Source: a virus. From it: a stretch of 64,000 nt of DNA. Position 1 is the first letter of the stretch. Every line of letters begins with the position of its first letter. The translations under genes were made by a program, and so were the position numbers. Below the pieces are notes generated by a model. The model was not told the DNA's origin, made no database searches, and saw nothing but the letters and a program-made list of their open reading frames with translations. Positions 22,781 through 33,313 of the stretch are shown here, piece by piece. The DNA lies in IMG/VR virus record IMGVR_UViG_3300017917_003859, positions 91,028 through 155,027 of that record; one strand, 5' to 3'.

Positions 22781-24025
22781 ATGAAAAAATTATTAATTTT
22801 AGGAGCAAATCCTGAAACTATACCACTTATTGAAACAGCTAAGGCTATGGGTGTGTATACTATAGTTACTGATCACAACCCTGAAGCACCCGCTAAAAAA
22901 TTTGCCGATAAAGGTATTAACATTAACGGAATGGATGTTGATGCTTTAGTAAATTTTTGTAGGCAAGAAAATGTAGATGGTGTTTTAGTAGGTGTTGCTG
23001 ATAGATTAATAGAACCTTATCAAAAGGTATGTGAAGCTTTGAATTTACCATGTTATGGTAATCAATACCAATGTGAAGTACTTACAAATAAAGGAAAATT
23101 TAATGATTTATGCAAAAAATATAATCTTAATACAATTCCTTCATTTAAATATTTTAAAAATAAATTTTATAGCCAACATAGATTCAACTATCCATTATTT
23201 ATAAAACCAATAGATAAAAACTCAGGAAAAGGTATGTCTTTGGTTTATAATATAGATGAATTAGTTGAAGGAATTGAAAAAGCATTTAAGAATACTAATA
23301 GTGAATATGTTTTAATAGAAAAATATATGGATTGTCCTGATGTTATGATTAATTATACTATCATAAATGGAAATCCTGTATTATCTGCTATTACTGATAG
23401 ATTTACAACTAATGAACAAACAAATGCAAGTAAAGTATGTTTAGGAAATATATATCCATCTAATTTATTAGATAAATATTTAAATACTGAGCATTTAAAA
23501 GTTTCAAATTTACTAAAAGATATAGGTTTAAAAAATGCTATATTTACTGTATCTGCATTTGTTGAAAATGATAAATTTTATTATTATGACCCTGGATTTA
23601 GACTTCAAGGTGAAGCTCCTAATCTCCATATCCAACAAGTAAGTGGATTTGATCAAAAAGAATTTTTAATAGATATAGCTTTATATAATATTATTATCAA
23701 TAAATATAATATTACACAGCAAAATGATAAAGCTTATTCTGCTACTATATGGTTTTTATTAAAAAAAGGAACAATAGAACAAATATTGGGTTTTGATAAA
23801 ATTAAAGAAGATCCATCTGTATTTTATATTTCAAAACGATTATCTGAAAATGATACAATTACTGATGAAGATGTAGGAACTGAAGCTCAAGTTTTAGCTA
23901 GAGTATATGTAATTTGTAAAACAAAAGATGAATTAAAAAATAAAATTATAAAAATTCAAAATACTATAAAAGTATTTGATACTGAGGGTAATAATCAACT
24001 TCTCAATGGATTTAAATATGAATAA
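22781..24025 (+). CDS. ATP-grasp ligase
   Basis: LLILGA, FIKPID..SGKG, LIEKY. Confidence 0.8.
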   Translation: MKKLLILGANPETIPLIETAKAMGVYTIVTDHNPEAPAKKFADKGININGMDVDALVNFCRQENVDGVLVGVADRLIEPYQKVCEALNLPCYGNQYQCEVLTNKGKFNDLCKKYNLNTIPSFKYFKNKFYSQHRFNYPLFIKPIDKNSGKGMSLVYNIDELVEGIEKAFKNTNSEYVLIEKYMDCPDVMINYTIINGNPVLSAITDRFTTNEQTNASKVCLGNIYPSNLLDKYLNTEHLKVSNLLKDIGLKNAIFTVSAFVENDKFYYYDPGFRLQGEAPNLHIQQVSGFDQKEFLIDIALYNIIINKYNITQQNDKAYSATIWFLLKKGTIEQILGFDKIKEDPSVFYISKRLSENDTITDEDVGTEAQVLARVYVICKTKDELKNKIIKIQNTIKVFDTEGNNQLLNGFKYE

Positions 24026-24776
24026 AAAAACATTTGTTATAGCAGGAGGAACTACTGGGGTAGCTAGACAAGTAGTAATTGAACTTGTTAAAATGGGCCA
24101 TAATGTAGTTTTTGGTGATGTGGGTACAATGGTTAATGTTGATCATCTTCTAGATGAATTAAAAAAATACAATGGAAAAGCCCATTTTATTCCAACCAAC
24201 GTAGCCAACATAAAAGATTGTAAAATATTATTTGATTATGCTAAAGAAAAATTTGAACACATTGATGGATTCTTTAGCTATGCGGGAATCACCCCAGCAC
24301 AATCATTATTAGAATGTACTGAGGATGTTTATGATGATATATTTGATATAAATGTTAAAGGAGCTCTATTTTGTTCTAAATATGCTGTAAAATATATGAA
24401 AGAAAATGGAGGTGGTTCTATAGTATTTACTGGATCTCCTCATTCCGATGCTGGTGAAATAGATAGAGTGGCATATGCTTGCTCAAAAGGAGCAGTAGTT
24501 ACATTATCAAATCATATAGCTAAAAATTATGGAAAACACAATATCCGCTCTAATTATATTACTATGGGGTGGACACCAACAGAAGGTGAATTAAATTTAA
24601 GAAAAAGTCAAGGTATTACAAAAGAAGATTTAGAAAAAACTGCTAAACAGATTGTTCCTATGGGTAGAATGAACACATATGAAGATATTGTTCCAGCAAT
24701 TATATATCTATTATCTGATAATTCATTAATGGTGTCAGGTTCTAATATTAGAATTACTGGTGGTTGGTTTATGTAA
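24018..24776 (+). CDS. Short-chain dehydrogenase/reductase
   Basis: AGGTTGVA, YACSK, P.GR, GGW; start reassigned. Confidence 0.88.
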   Translation: MNKKTFVIAGGTTGVARQVVIELVKMGHNVVFGDVGTMVNVDHLLDELKKYNGKAHFIPTNVANIKDCKILFDYAKEKFEHIDGFFSYAGITPAQSLLECTEDVYDDIFDINVKGALFCSKYAVKYMKENGGGSIVFTGSPHSDAGEIDRVAYACSKGAVVTLSNHIAKNYGKHNIRSNYITMGWTPTEGELNLRKSQGITKEDLEKTAKQIVPMGRMNTYEDIVPAIIYLLSDNSLMVSGSNIRITGGWFM

Positions 24777-24784
24777 AATTAGTT

Positions 24785-25981
24785 ATGAATAAATTAGTAA
24801 GCATAATAATTCCTATATATAACAGTGAAGAATTTCTAGATAAATGCATTCAAAGTGCTATAAATCAATCTTATAAGAATATTGAAATTGTTCTTGTTAA
24901 TGATGGTTCAACAGATTCGAGTAAATCAATATGTGATAGTTATGCTTCTAAAGATAATCGAATTAAAGTAATTCATAAAAATAATGGGGGGTTAGTTAGT
25001 TCTCGCAAAGCAGGACTTAAAGTCTCTACTGGGGAATATATTTTGTATATTGATGGAGATGATTGGATTGAACCTGAATTAGTACAACATTATATGAATC
25101 AAGTATTTGAATTTAATGCTGATGTTGTAATATCATCTCATATAGTGAATTTAGAAGGTAGAGAAGATATTTTACCAAATTCACTTCCACCCGGAGTTTA
25201 CAATAAAGATCAACTTAATTCAATTGTATACCCAAAAATGCTACATACTGGAAAATTCTCTCAGTTTGGCATATTTTCATATTCGTGGGGGAAATTATAT
25301 AAAAAAGAAATATTGTTTGAAAATCAATTAAATGTTGATGAAAGTATAACTATCGGAGAAGATGCATTATGTTTGTATCCTACATTATTAGATACTAATA
25401 AATTAGTTATTTTAAAACAACCTTATTATCATTATAGACAACGAGCTAATTCTTTAATTAAAACTTTAAGAACTATTGATATTCTTAAAATGCAAAAAGT
25501 ATATGATGACCTTAAAAATGTATTTTCCAACAAAAAAGTTTTAGATATAATGTTACCTCAATTACAACATTATCTTTTAAGTTTATTAATCATCAATACT
25601 AAAGGACCAGATTTCATTAATACAAATATATATCCATTTGATAATATTAATAATAAATCAAATCTAGTTATATATGGTGGAGGTACATTTGGGCAACATT
25701 TATATAAAAAAATCACCACTCATAGTTCTCACAACATAGTAGCTTGGGTAGATGAAAAATATAAACATTATTCCAAACTAAATCTCCCAGTAACTGGATT
25801 TGAGAGTATTCAAAATCTTGAATATGATGCTGTTTTGATAGCTTTAATTGATGAAGATAACTCTAATCAAGCATTATTAAAATTAATAAGTTATGGAGTA
25901 AATAATAAAAAAATAATTCAAATACCTTATTACAAAACTAACATACAAGAATCATTACTTAAATATGAAATTAAATTATAA
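24785..25981 (+). CDS. GT2 glycosyltransferase with C-terminal Rossmann-like domain
   Basis: VSIIIPIYN, NDGSTD, DGDD, GED; IYGGGTFG. Confidence 0.88.
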   Translation: MNKLVSIIIPIYNSEEFLDKCIQSAINQSYKNIEIVLVNDGSTDSSKSICDSYASKDNRIKVIHKNNGGLVSSRKAGLKVSTGEYILYIDGDDWIEPELVQHYMNQVFEFNADVVISSHIVNLEGREDILPNSLPPGVYNKDQLNSIVYPKMLHTGKFSQFGIFSYSWGKLYKKEILFENQLNVDESITIGEDALCLYPTLLDTNKLVILKQPYYHYRQRANSLIKTLRTIDILKMQKVYDDLKNVFSNKKVLDIMLPQLQHYLLSLLIINTKGPDFINTNIYPFDNINNKSNLVIYGGGTFGQHLYKKITTHSSHNIVAWVDEKYKHYSKLNLPVTGFESIQNLEYDAVLIALIDEDNSNQALLKLISYGVNNKKIIQIPYYKTNIQESLLKYEIKL

Positions 25982-26804
25982 AAATTTAGACTTAATTTTT
26001 CATGCCGGATCAAGTTTATTAGAAGGCCCAATATGGGATAACAAAAATAAATTAATATATTGCGTATCAATAGAACAAGGGCTAATTTACCAAATCAACC
26101 CATCCTCAGGAGAAGTACAATCATATCCTACTAAAGGAAATGTAGGGTGTGTAGCTTTAATCCCAGGTGGAGATTTAATTTCAGCAGAAAAAGAAGGTAT
26201 TTTTGTTACAAATCCTAAAACAAAAGAAAAAATATATATTGATCAATTTGAATCAAATCCCGATTTACGATATAATGATGGTAGATTTGATCCTGTTGGT
26301 AGATTTCTTGTTGGAACAAAAAGTGAAAAAGATTTTTTTCTTGAAAAAGAAATTGAGAAAGGTAAATTGTTTTCGTATTTTCAAGGTGAATGTAAAGTAT
26401 TATTAGATAATTTACTAATATCAAATGGAATTGGATTTTCTCTTGATAATAAAAAAATGTATTTTATAGACACTCCTACAAAAAAAGTAGCTCAATATGA
26501 ATATAATTTAAACACAGGGGATATTAAATTTGAAAAATATATAGTAGAAATTGATGGACCAGGATGGCCTGATGGTATGTGTGTTGATTTAGATGGGAAT
26601 ATTTGGGTAGCCGAATGGGAGGGATGGGGAATCAGAAAATGGGATGTAAATACTGGAAAAATGTTAGATGAAATACTTTTGCCTTGTCCAAGAGTAACTT
26701 CATGTTGTTTAGGTGGAGAAAATATGAATGAAATTTTTATTACAACCGCTAAAAGTGAAGGTAATATTTTTGGAGGAGGTTTATTTAAAACAAAATTAAA
26801 ATAA
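25965..26804 (+). CDS. SMP-30/gluconolactonase family protein
   Basis: LEGP.W, RYNDG, ISNG, PDGM. Confidence 0.88.
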   Translation: MKLNYKNLDLIFHAGSSLLEGPIWDNKNKLIYCVSIEQGLIYQINPSSGEVQSYPTKGNVGCVALIPGGDLISAEKEGIFVTNPKTKEKIYIDQFESNPDLRYNDGRFDPVGRFLVGTKSEKDFFLEKEIEKGKLFSYFQGECKVLLDNLLISNGIGFSLDNKKMYFIDTPTKKVAQYEYNLNTGDIKFEKYIVEIDGPGWPDGMCVDLDGNIWVAEWEGWGIRKWDVNTGKMLDEILLPCPRVTSCCLGGENMNEIFITTAKSEGNIFGGGLFKTKLK

Positions 26805-26807
26805 TAT

Positions 26808-27386
26808 ATGGCTACACCATCAAAATTTGATAATGATACTTTTTTAATGACTAGAGAACATTTAAATTCTTTTATTAATAGAGTAGCTAAAATATATAAT
26901 CAAGAAGGAAAAAAATTACTTGAAATAGGTTCCCAAGATAGATCTGAAGTTAAAGAAGCTTTTAATAAATGTAGTATTGAAACTCTAGACCTAGTATCTG
27001 ATTACAACCCCGATATTATAGGTGATATTACTAAATATAATGCTCATATAAACGATTCTACATATGATATTATAACTTGTTTAGAAATATTAGAACATAC
27101 TTTAAATCCATTTTCTGCTATAGAAGAATTAAGACGCATCTGTAAACATGAAGGATATATTTTGTTTTCTGCCCCATTAAATTGGAGAATTCATGGTCCT
27201 GTTCCTGATTGTTGGAGATTTACAGAATTTGGTTGGAGAGTATTATTAAAAGATTTTGATATTATTGAAATAGACAAATTAGAAACACCAGATAGGAATT
27301 TGTTTCCTATTAAATATAATATTTTAGCAAGATGTAATAAAAACAAAAATACTCAAGAACATGAATTAAAATTTCAAAGAATCTAA
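26808..27386 (+). CDS. SAM-dependent methyltransferase
   Basis: LEIG, EILEH, H.P.DCWRF. Confidence 0.8.
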   Translation: MATPSKFDNDTFLMTREHLNSFINRVAKIYNQEGKKLLEIGSQDRSEVKEAFNKCSIETLDLVSDYNPDIIGDITKYNAHINDSTYDIITCLEILEHTLNPFSAIEELRRICKHEGYILFSAPLNWRIHGPVPDCWRFTEFGWRVLLKDFDIIEIDKLETPDRNLFPIKYNILARCNKNKNTQEHELKFQRI

Positions 27387-27390
27387 ATTT

Positions 27391-28077
27391 ATGAAAATAC
27401 ATATATTTTATAGCCACTATAATGTAACTGGAACTGATAATAAAAGTAGACCAAACTGGTTTGATTATGAAAAATGTTTTGTTAATTTATTAGAAACTAT
27501 CAAAACCAAAAACAATATTATCCTTAATGTTGTTATGGATGGAAAAATAGAAAATAATTGGATTAATAAATACAAACAATATTTCAACACATATGAATTT
27601 ACAGGTGGTAATATGGAAATTGTTACTAAAGCTGTATATAATATTATAAAAGAATACAAATGTGATGATGGTGATTTGATTTATATATTAGAAAATGATT
27701 ATTTACATCTTGAAAATTGGAGTGATAAAGTAATTGAACTTTATAAAACATTTAATGGATTAAACTATATTAGTCTGTATGATCACAATGATAAATATTT
27801 TTTACCTCAATATGAAGATTTAATATCAAAAATAATAGTTACAAATTCTCATCATTGGAGGACAACTCCAAGTACTTGCGGTTCATATATTGTTCCAAAA
27901 CATATTTTTAATGATGATTATGAAATCCAAACCACAGTAATAGGGGATCATGTTAAACATGTTTACCTTAATGAACATAAAGGAAGATTTATACTAACAC
28001 CAGTTCCTGGTTTGTCAACTCATTGTATGGAATATTTATTAAGTCCTACTATTGATTGGCAAAAAATAAATAATTAA
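27391..28077 (+). CDS. Putative glycosyltransferase
   Basis: YILENDYLH, SLYDH.DKY, P.PG.STH. Confidence 0.55.
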   Translation: MKIHIFYSHYNVTGTDNKSRPNWFDYEKCFVNLLETIKTKNNIILNVVMDGKIENNWINKYKQYFNTYEFTGGNMEIVTKAVYNIIKEYKCDDGDLIYILENDYLHLENWSDKVIELYKTFNGLNYISLYDHNDKYFLPQYEDLISKIIVTNSHHWRTTPSTCGSYIVPKHIFNDDYEIQTTVIGDHVKHVYLNEHKGRFILTPVPGLSTHCMEYLLSPTIDWQKINN

Positions 28078-28722
28078 ATGAGAAAATATAAATACGATAC
28101 CCAAAGTTATAATTTTGCAGATGGTTTAAGAAATATTTTTGATATATATCATCTTGATAGAATAAATGAAAATAGAGATGTATTAAAACGAGAAGAAGAT
28201 CAAAGTACTAGATATCATAAATTATATTATGGGTGGGCCAGAACTGAAAAATTTACTAAAATGTATGAATCTTTAATTCAACATATAATTAAAAAACATG
28301 TATACAACAATGAATCTATAGTATACCAAGCCATTCCTACTTTTAGAATAGCCTTTCCTAACAACATAGCTGTTGGTGAATGGCATAAAGATAAATGGTA
28401 TAGAAATGGAGAATGGGCTTCTAAAGTAAAAGAAATGAATTTTTTCCTTCCTATCACAGATGCATTCGATACAAATACTATTTGGGCAGAAACAGAAGAA
28501 GATAAAGAAGATTTTATTCCTATGAATTGCAATTATGGAGAAATAATTCAGTGGGATGGATGTAATTTAACACATGGGAATAAAATTAATGAGACTGGGA
28601 GAACTAGAATTTCAATTGATTTTAGAGTCATAGAATATAAAAATTATATTCCAAGTGATCATGGATCAATAAACACAAAAACTCCATTTGCTATTGGAGG
28701 TTATTATAAATTAATGAAATAA
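28078..28722 (+). CDS. StrG-like 2OG-Fe(II) oxygenase-fold protein
   Basis: Q..PTFR, WHKD, HGN..N.TG.TR.S.DFR. Confidence 0.65.
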   Translation: MRKYKYDTQSYNFADGLRNIFDIYHLDRINENRDVLKREEDQSTRYHKLYYGWARTEKFTKMYESLIQHIIKKHVYNNESIVYQAIPTFRIAFPNNIAVGEWHKDKWYRNGEWASKVKEMNFFLPITDAFDTNTIWAETEEDKEDFIPMNCNYGEIIQWDGCNLTHGNKINETGRTRISIDFRVIEYKNYIPSDHGSINTKTPFAIGGYYKLMK

Positions 28723-28723
28723 T

Positions 28724-29506
28724 ATGGAAAAAATAAGTGTAATTATACCTACATTCAAGACACCTCAAGCTCTTGATTTATGCCTTAAATCAGCAATTTT
28801 AGGTCAACATGATAGAAAAAATCAAATTATTGTTGTTGTAGATGGACATTATGATATAAATAAAGAGGTACTTGAAAAATGGAAAGAACATATTGATGTA
28901 TTAAATCTAGAAGAAAATGTAGGAACAGTTAGAGCTACTAATTTAGGAGTATATAATGCCCAACATGAAAAAATATTAATAGCAAACGATGACAATGTGT
29001 TCCCTGATGATTGGGATTTAAATTTACTAGAAAGTTACTGGCCTAACTCAGTCATGTCTCCAAACCAAATTGAACCATACCCAAGTATTTTTTCTCAATT
29101 TATTATTGAAGATTTAGGACGTGATCCTAAAACATTTGATTTAGAAAAATTTTGGAAATTTGATAAGGAACATGCTTCTAGAGATAAAATAGATCAAACT
29201 GGTTCAACATTTCCATTTTTTATGAATAAAAGAGATTATATGCGAGTAGGTGGATTTGCTGAAGATTACCCTTCACCTAGTGGGTTTGTCGCTGATTGGG
29301 AATTTTTTATGAAATGTCAAATGAATGGATTAAATATGATGAGAGCACATAATTGTCATTTTTATCATTTTGTTTCATTAAGTGCTAAGACTCCTGAACA
29401 GTTAGCTCAATCAAAACAATATGAAATTGCTTGCCATGAATATGCTAAATATAAATGGGGTTCTTATATAAAGCATGATCCTAAAACTAATTTAAAATTT
29501 ATATAA
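28724..29506 (+). CDS. GT2 glycosyltransferase
   Basis: ISVIIPT, NDD, GGF, D.EF, HF.S. Confidence 0.85.
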   Translation: MEKISVIIPTFKTPQALDLCLKSAILGQHDRKNQIIVVVDGHYDINKEVLEKWKEHIDVLNLEENVGTVRATNLGVYNAQHEKILIANDDNVFPDDWDLNLLESYWPNSVMSPNQIEPYPSIFSQFIIEDLGRDPKTFDLEKFWKFDKEHASRDKIDQTGSTFPFFMNKRDYMRVGGFAEDYPSPSGFVADWEFFMKCQMNGLNMMRAHNCHFYHFVSLSAKTPEQLAQSKQYEIACHEYAKYKWGSYIKHDPKTNLKFI

Positions 29507-29554
29507 TTTAAATAGGCTTTAAAATATTTATTAGTATATTTAAAAAAAGAAATT

Positions 29555-30119
29555 ATGGGAGCTAAAAAATTATATATATGTTACTTGAAAAGTGATCCTA
29601 ATAAAGAACCAATAAATAGAATTAGTGCATATTCATACGAGGAAGCACTTGAATTTTTCTCTCAGAGGAAAAAAATAGATAAACAAGCATTTTTAAGTAT
29701 ATTTGAAATAGAGGTATATGAAACTGAATCTAAATAATTTTGGTAGTAAATTAAAAATTACTCAAAAAGAAGAAAAAACTAAATTTATTACTGAGGAGCA
29801 ATTGTTTATTGAAACGGTTGATCGATTAGATACATGTTGGAGTAAATCAAATAAATTATATGAAATATTTAAAATAAATGCTCTAGAATATGAAGAGGAT
29901 TTTTATCAAGTAATTGAAGATTTATTTTTACTTAAATATGGTCCTTGGAAAACAGAAATAGTAATGTGGTATATTTTCGGTAGAATAGATATCGATGGGA
30001 ATATGTATCCTTTAATAGTTCAACTAGATGAGGATGACGAAGAAAAAGAAGTACTCCTTAAAACTCCTAAAGAGTTGTGGGATTTTTTAATAATGGTAGA
30101 AAAAAAAAGAAAAAAATAA
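29555..30119 (+). CDS. Two hypothetical proteins (29555..29737, 29718..30119)
   Basis: Overlapping ORFs after the promoter at 29513. Confidence 0.6.
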
Positions 30120-30120
30120 T

Positions 30121-30411
30121 ATGAAACTTTGTATATCTTGTGGAAAAGAAATACACCCAAAACGTTTGGAAATTCTTCCTAACGCAACTAAATGTGTAGA
30201 TTGTTCAACCACAAATAAAAAAGCAGGTGTAACTGTTACTAAAGGAAAGGGAGACCATACTTACAATGACATAGTAATTATGGATCATGAAGACTATCTT
30301 AAATATCAAGAACTAGAAAACAAAACCTACAAACGTAGAACAGATGAAATATCTCATCCTGATGAAACAGATGATGTTGAAGACACTGAATCTACTGAAC
30401 CTAATATTTAA
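30121..30411 (+). CDS. DksA/TraR-type C4 zinc-finger protein
   Basis: CISCGKEIHPKRLEILP.ATKCVDC. Confidence 0.75.
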   Translation: MKLCISCGKEIHPKRLEILPNATKCVDCSTTNKKAGVTVTKGKGDHTYNDIVIMDHEDYLKYQELENKTYKRRTDEISHPDETDDVEDTESTEPNI

Positions 30412-30416
30412 TTAGT

Positions 30417-31106
30417 ATGCCTAAAGCAAAACCATTAACTAAAGAACAAGTACTAATGGCTATGCAGCATACCAAATCAAATAAAGCTGCGGCCCGTTAT
30501 TTAAATTGCTCATACATTCACTACAAAAGGTATGCCAAAATGTACCGTGAATTTGATGGTGGAAGAACACTATTTGAAATCCATAAAAATCAATGTGGTA
30601 AAGGAATTTCTAAATATGGATCAGGAAATAATGCAATGCAAGCCAGAAAAAACTGGAGAGTAATAGATGTGGTTGAGGGAAGACTATCCCCACATCATTA
30701 CAAACCTGAATTAATTAAACAAAAAATGATTGAGGAAGGATTATTGAAGGAGGAATGTGCGTTGTGTGGTTTTCATGAGCGAAGAGTAAATGACTATAAA
30801 ATACCCTTAATATTAAATTTCAAAGATAATAATTCAAATCATTATAATTTAGGAAATGTTAGATTTTTGTGTTACAATTGTTATTTTTTAAATATTGGAA
30901 ATATTTTCAATCAACAAGACATGAAACAATTGGAAACGCACCAACCAACTTTTGGTATTACTAAAACACAAATTGGAGATAGAAAATTTGAAAAAGCAAT
31001 AGATTTCCAATTAGATGAATTCCAATTAGCCCAATTAGAAAAACTAGGCCTTTATCAGCCACCCAAACCCGAGGATGATGGTTCTGAGTTTATTTCAAGA
31101 CTTTAA
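30417..31106 (+). CDS. HTH plus degenerate HNH-fold protein
   Basis: AAARYLNCSY helix-turn-helix-like segment; CALC...N.RFLCYNCY. Confidence 0.6.
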   Translation: MPKAKPLTKEQVLMAMQHTKSNKAAARYLNCSYIHYKRYAKMYREFDGGRTLFEIHKNQCGKGISKYGSGNNAMQARKNWRVIDVVEGRLSPHHYKPELIKQKMIEEGLLKEECALCGFHERRVNDYKIPLILNFKDNNSNHYNLGNVRFLCYNCYFLNIGNIFNQQDMKQLETHQPTFGITKTQIGDRKFEKAIDFQLDEFQLAQLEKLGLYQPPKPEDDGSEFISRL

Positions 31107-31118
31107 ATATTTATTATC

Positions 31119-31581
31119 ATGAAACATCAAAAACATGATAAGATAGTTAAAGACTACCAAAACCAAAAATCAGAGCATCTTGATAAGTTGGCTACTAAAA
31201 TGTTGAAAAATGATGAGAAGATGCAAAAGTTAAAAACTAAAAAAATTAATAAAAATTTCCTAAACTTATTTTAATATGAAGCCAAAAGAATTTAAAGTTA
31301 ATACACTTGAAGATTTCCAACAAATGGTAGATAATAAAACCTTTAGTATATCTGAGGCTTTAGTAAATTCTATTTTAAATAATTTAAAGACACGTAAAAA
31401 AAACATACATGTTCTTTCTGTAAAATGTATTAATGAGAATACAGAATTTGATATAACTTTGGAAAAGCGTCACTTTGTTGAAACTCTTAAAGAAAATTTA
31501 AAATATTATGAAGAGCGCGAAATGTATGAAGAGTGTTCGAAAATAAATAAAGCTATTAAAGATTTAACAAAAACTAAATAA
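31119..31581 (+). CDS. Two hypothetical proteins (31119..31274, not in the track; 31276..31581)
   Basis: ORFs after ATATTTATT at 31107. Confidence 0.55.
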
Positions 31582-31600
31582 TTCTGCAATATGTATAGTC

Positions 31601-31741
31601 ATGGCAAAATTAAAAGAACAAATCATTAGTTTTTTCAACAAATTCAAGAAAAAACGCAAGGGTATACATAGTAAGAAAAAATCTAGTAAACTTAAAACTA
31701 GCAAAAATTACAAAAAACCATATAAAGGACAAGGTAGATGA
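31601..31741 (+). CDS. Small Lys-rich peptide ending YKGQGR (46 aa, not in the track)
   Basis: Clean ORF after ATATGTATA 31589; stop overlaps the next ATG. Confidence 0.6.
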   Translation: MAKLKEQIISFFNKFKKKRKGIHSKKKSSKLKTSKNYKKPYKGQGR

Positions 31742-32265
31742 AGCGCTCAGAACTCAAACAAATTATTAAGGAAGAATTAGCAGAAGCTAAGAAAAAAGAT
31801 AAAACAGGTTTATCATTTGCTCTAGCAGCAAACCTTGAAAAATACGGAAAACCTCAAACCCCAAAAGGCGCTAAACCTGTTGATTTTACTAAAAAACAAG
31901 AAAAACACGTAAAGAAAACAGCAGAAAAACTTAAAAAATCAATTAAAGAAGATTTAGGTAACTACATGTTTTTCCAAAACCTTAAAACCATTAAACAAAT
32001 GGTTGATGATTTACTTAAGTTAGATGAAAAAATGGTTGATGGTATTTTAGCAAGTGGGCATGATTGGGCTGAAGATCATATTGCAACATCAAAAGATGAT
32101 GTTGAAGAAGTACATAATTTTCTAATGAATAAAAAAGTTGCTATGCCTGTTGGGATGAATGAAAAGAAACAATTGTCTCCTAAACAAAAGAAAATAGCAG
32201 CAGCTGCTCCACCAGAAGATGAAATAACGGGTGCTGATTTTAAAGTATTAAGAAATAAAAAATAA
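31738..32265 (+). CDS. Protein with MKRSELKQIIKEELAE leader
   Basis: Shared leader; internal IKE/MNE sites. Confidence 0.7.
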   Translation: MKRSELKQIIKEELAEAKKKDKTGLSFALAANLEKYGKPQTPKGAKPVDFTKKQEKHVKKTAEKLKKSIKEDLGNYMFFQNLKTIKQMVDDLLKLDEKMVDGILASGHDWAEDHIATSKDDVEEVHNFLMNKKVAMPVGMNEKKQLSPKQKKIAAAAPPEDEITGADFKVLRNKK

Positions 32266-32322
32266 ATTGAAGGCTTGGCTTCCAATGTAAATTAATATAT
32301 ATTTATATTAAACAATTAAACA

Positions 32323-32721
32323 ATGAAACAACAACTCAACGAAGAATTCTGTCGCATGCAAAAACTTGCAGGAATTAAATTAAATGAAAATGAAAACTCA
32401 CGTGAAGGAATTATAAGCTTTGGTCCATTTAAAAATGTAGAATGGTATTTACGTGACAATAATCAAGTATTTTTAACTGTTACTGAAAGTGATAATTTTA
32501 GAAAAATAGAAAATGAACTTGAATACACTAGTGATGAACTTACTGATGAACAGAAATCATTTTTAGATAATGAAGTAAATAATTTAGCTGAGGAAATGAG
32601 TGATTATTTAATGTCTATTGGAGTTAAAAATGAAATATATGATAATCCAATTGGTTATGGTCAAGAAATTGACAATTTAGTGGTTGCTTTTGATAAAAAT
32701 GATTTATCTAAACTTAAATAA
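32323..32721 (+). CDS. Protein with MKQQLNEEF.RMQKLAGI.LNE leader
   Basis: LNE-containing leader, upstream ATATTTATA 32299. Confidence 0.7.
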   Translation: MKQQLNEEFCRMQKLAGIKLNENENSREGIISFGPFKNVEWYLRDNNQVFLTVTESDNFRKIENELEYTSDELTDEQKSFLDNEVNNLAEEMSDYLMSIGVKNEIYDNPIGYGQEIDNLVVAFDKNDLSKLK

Positions 32722-32745
32722 TAGAATTATATAAAAATTAAATAA

Positions 32746-32781
32746 AAGGCTTGGGAAACCAAGCCTTCTTTCTTATATTTA
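32746..32781 (+). terminator. Hairpin terminator fused with promoter
   Basis: AAGGCTTGG-GAAA-CCAAGCCTT, pyrimidine tract, then TATATTTA. Confidence 0.75.
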
Positions 32782-32798
32782 CGTTAAATAAATAAGTT

Positions 32799-33260
32799 AT
32801 GAAAGTAGTTACAGACAACAGTGTATTCCCTCCCCGCAAACATTACGAGGATGTAGAATTAAAATTTACAAAATTTACCCCAAAATGTCGTGTTCTCCCA
32901 GCAAATTATTTTGAAGAACCAAACACCCATTTTATCCTTAAAGCTAGATATGAACCTGGTGAAAATAAATTTTTCCCAATGGGTGGATTTGAAGTAAAAC
33001 ATTCCGAAGGAGGCACATACAATTATTATTTAGATGAAGTAATTGTTCATCCGTATGAATTAGGAATGAATAAATTTTTCACTAAAGCCCCACCAGAAAT
33101 TAAAGAAAAAGTAAAAGACCCAAATGCTCCTAAAGGAAAACGTGGTCGTAAAGCATTAGATCCTGAAGTAAAAGCTGCTAAAGAAGCAACAAAATTGGCT
33201 GAAGCTGAGGAAAGACGTAAGCGAAGCGGTGGAAAACGTGGAAGACCGAAGAAGTCATAA
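32799..33260 (+). CDS. Protein with AT-hook-like basic tail
   Basis: KGKRGRK and GKRGRPKK. Confidence 0.65.
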   Translation: MKVVTDNSVFPPRKHYEDVELKFTKFTPKCRVLPANYFEEPNTHFILKARYEPGENKFFPMGGFEVKHSEGGTYNYYLDEVIVHPYELGMNKFFTKAPPEIKEKVKDPNAPKGKRGRKALDPEVKAAKEATKLAEAEERRKRSGGKRGRPKKS

Positions 33261-33313
33261 TATGTATAATAGTCATGAACGACGAATATCAAACTTATCA
33301 ATATTGGAATAAT

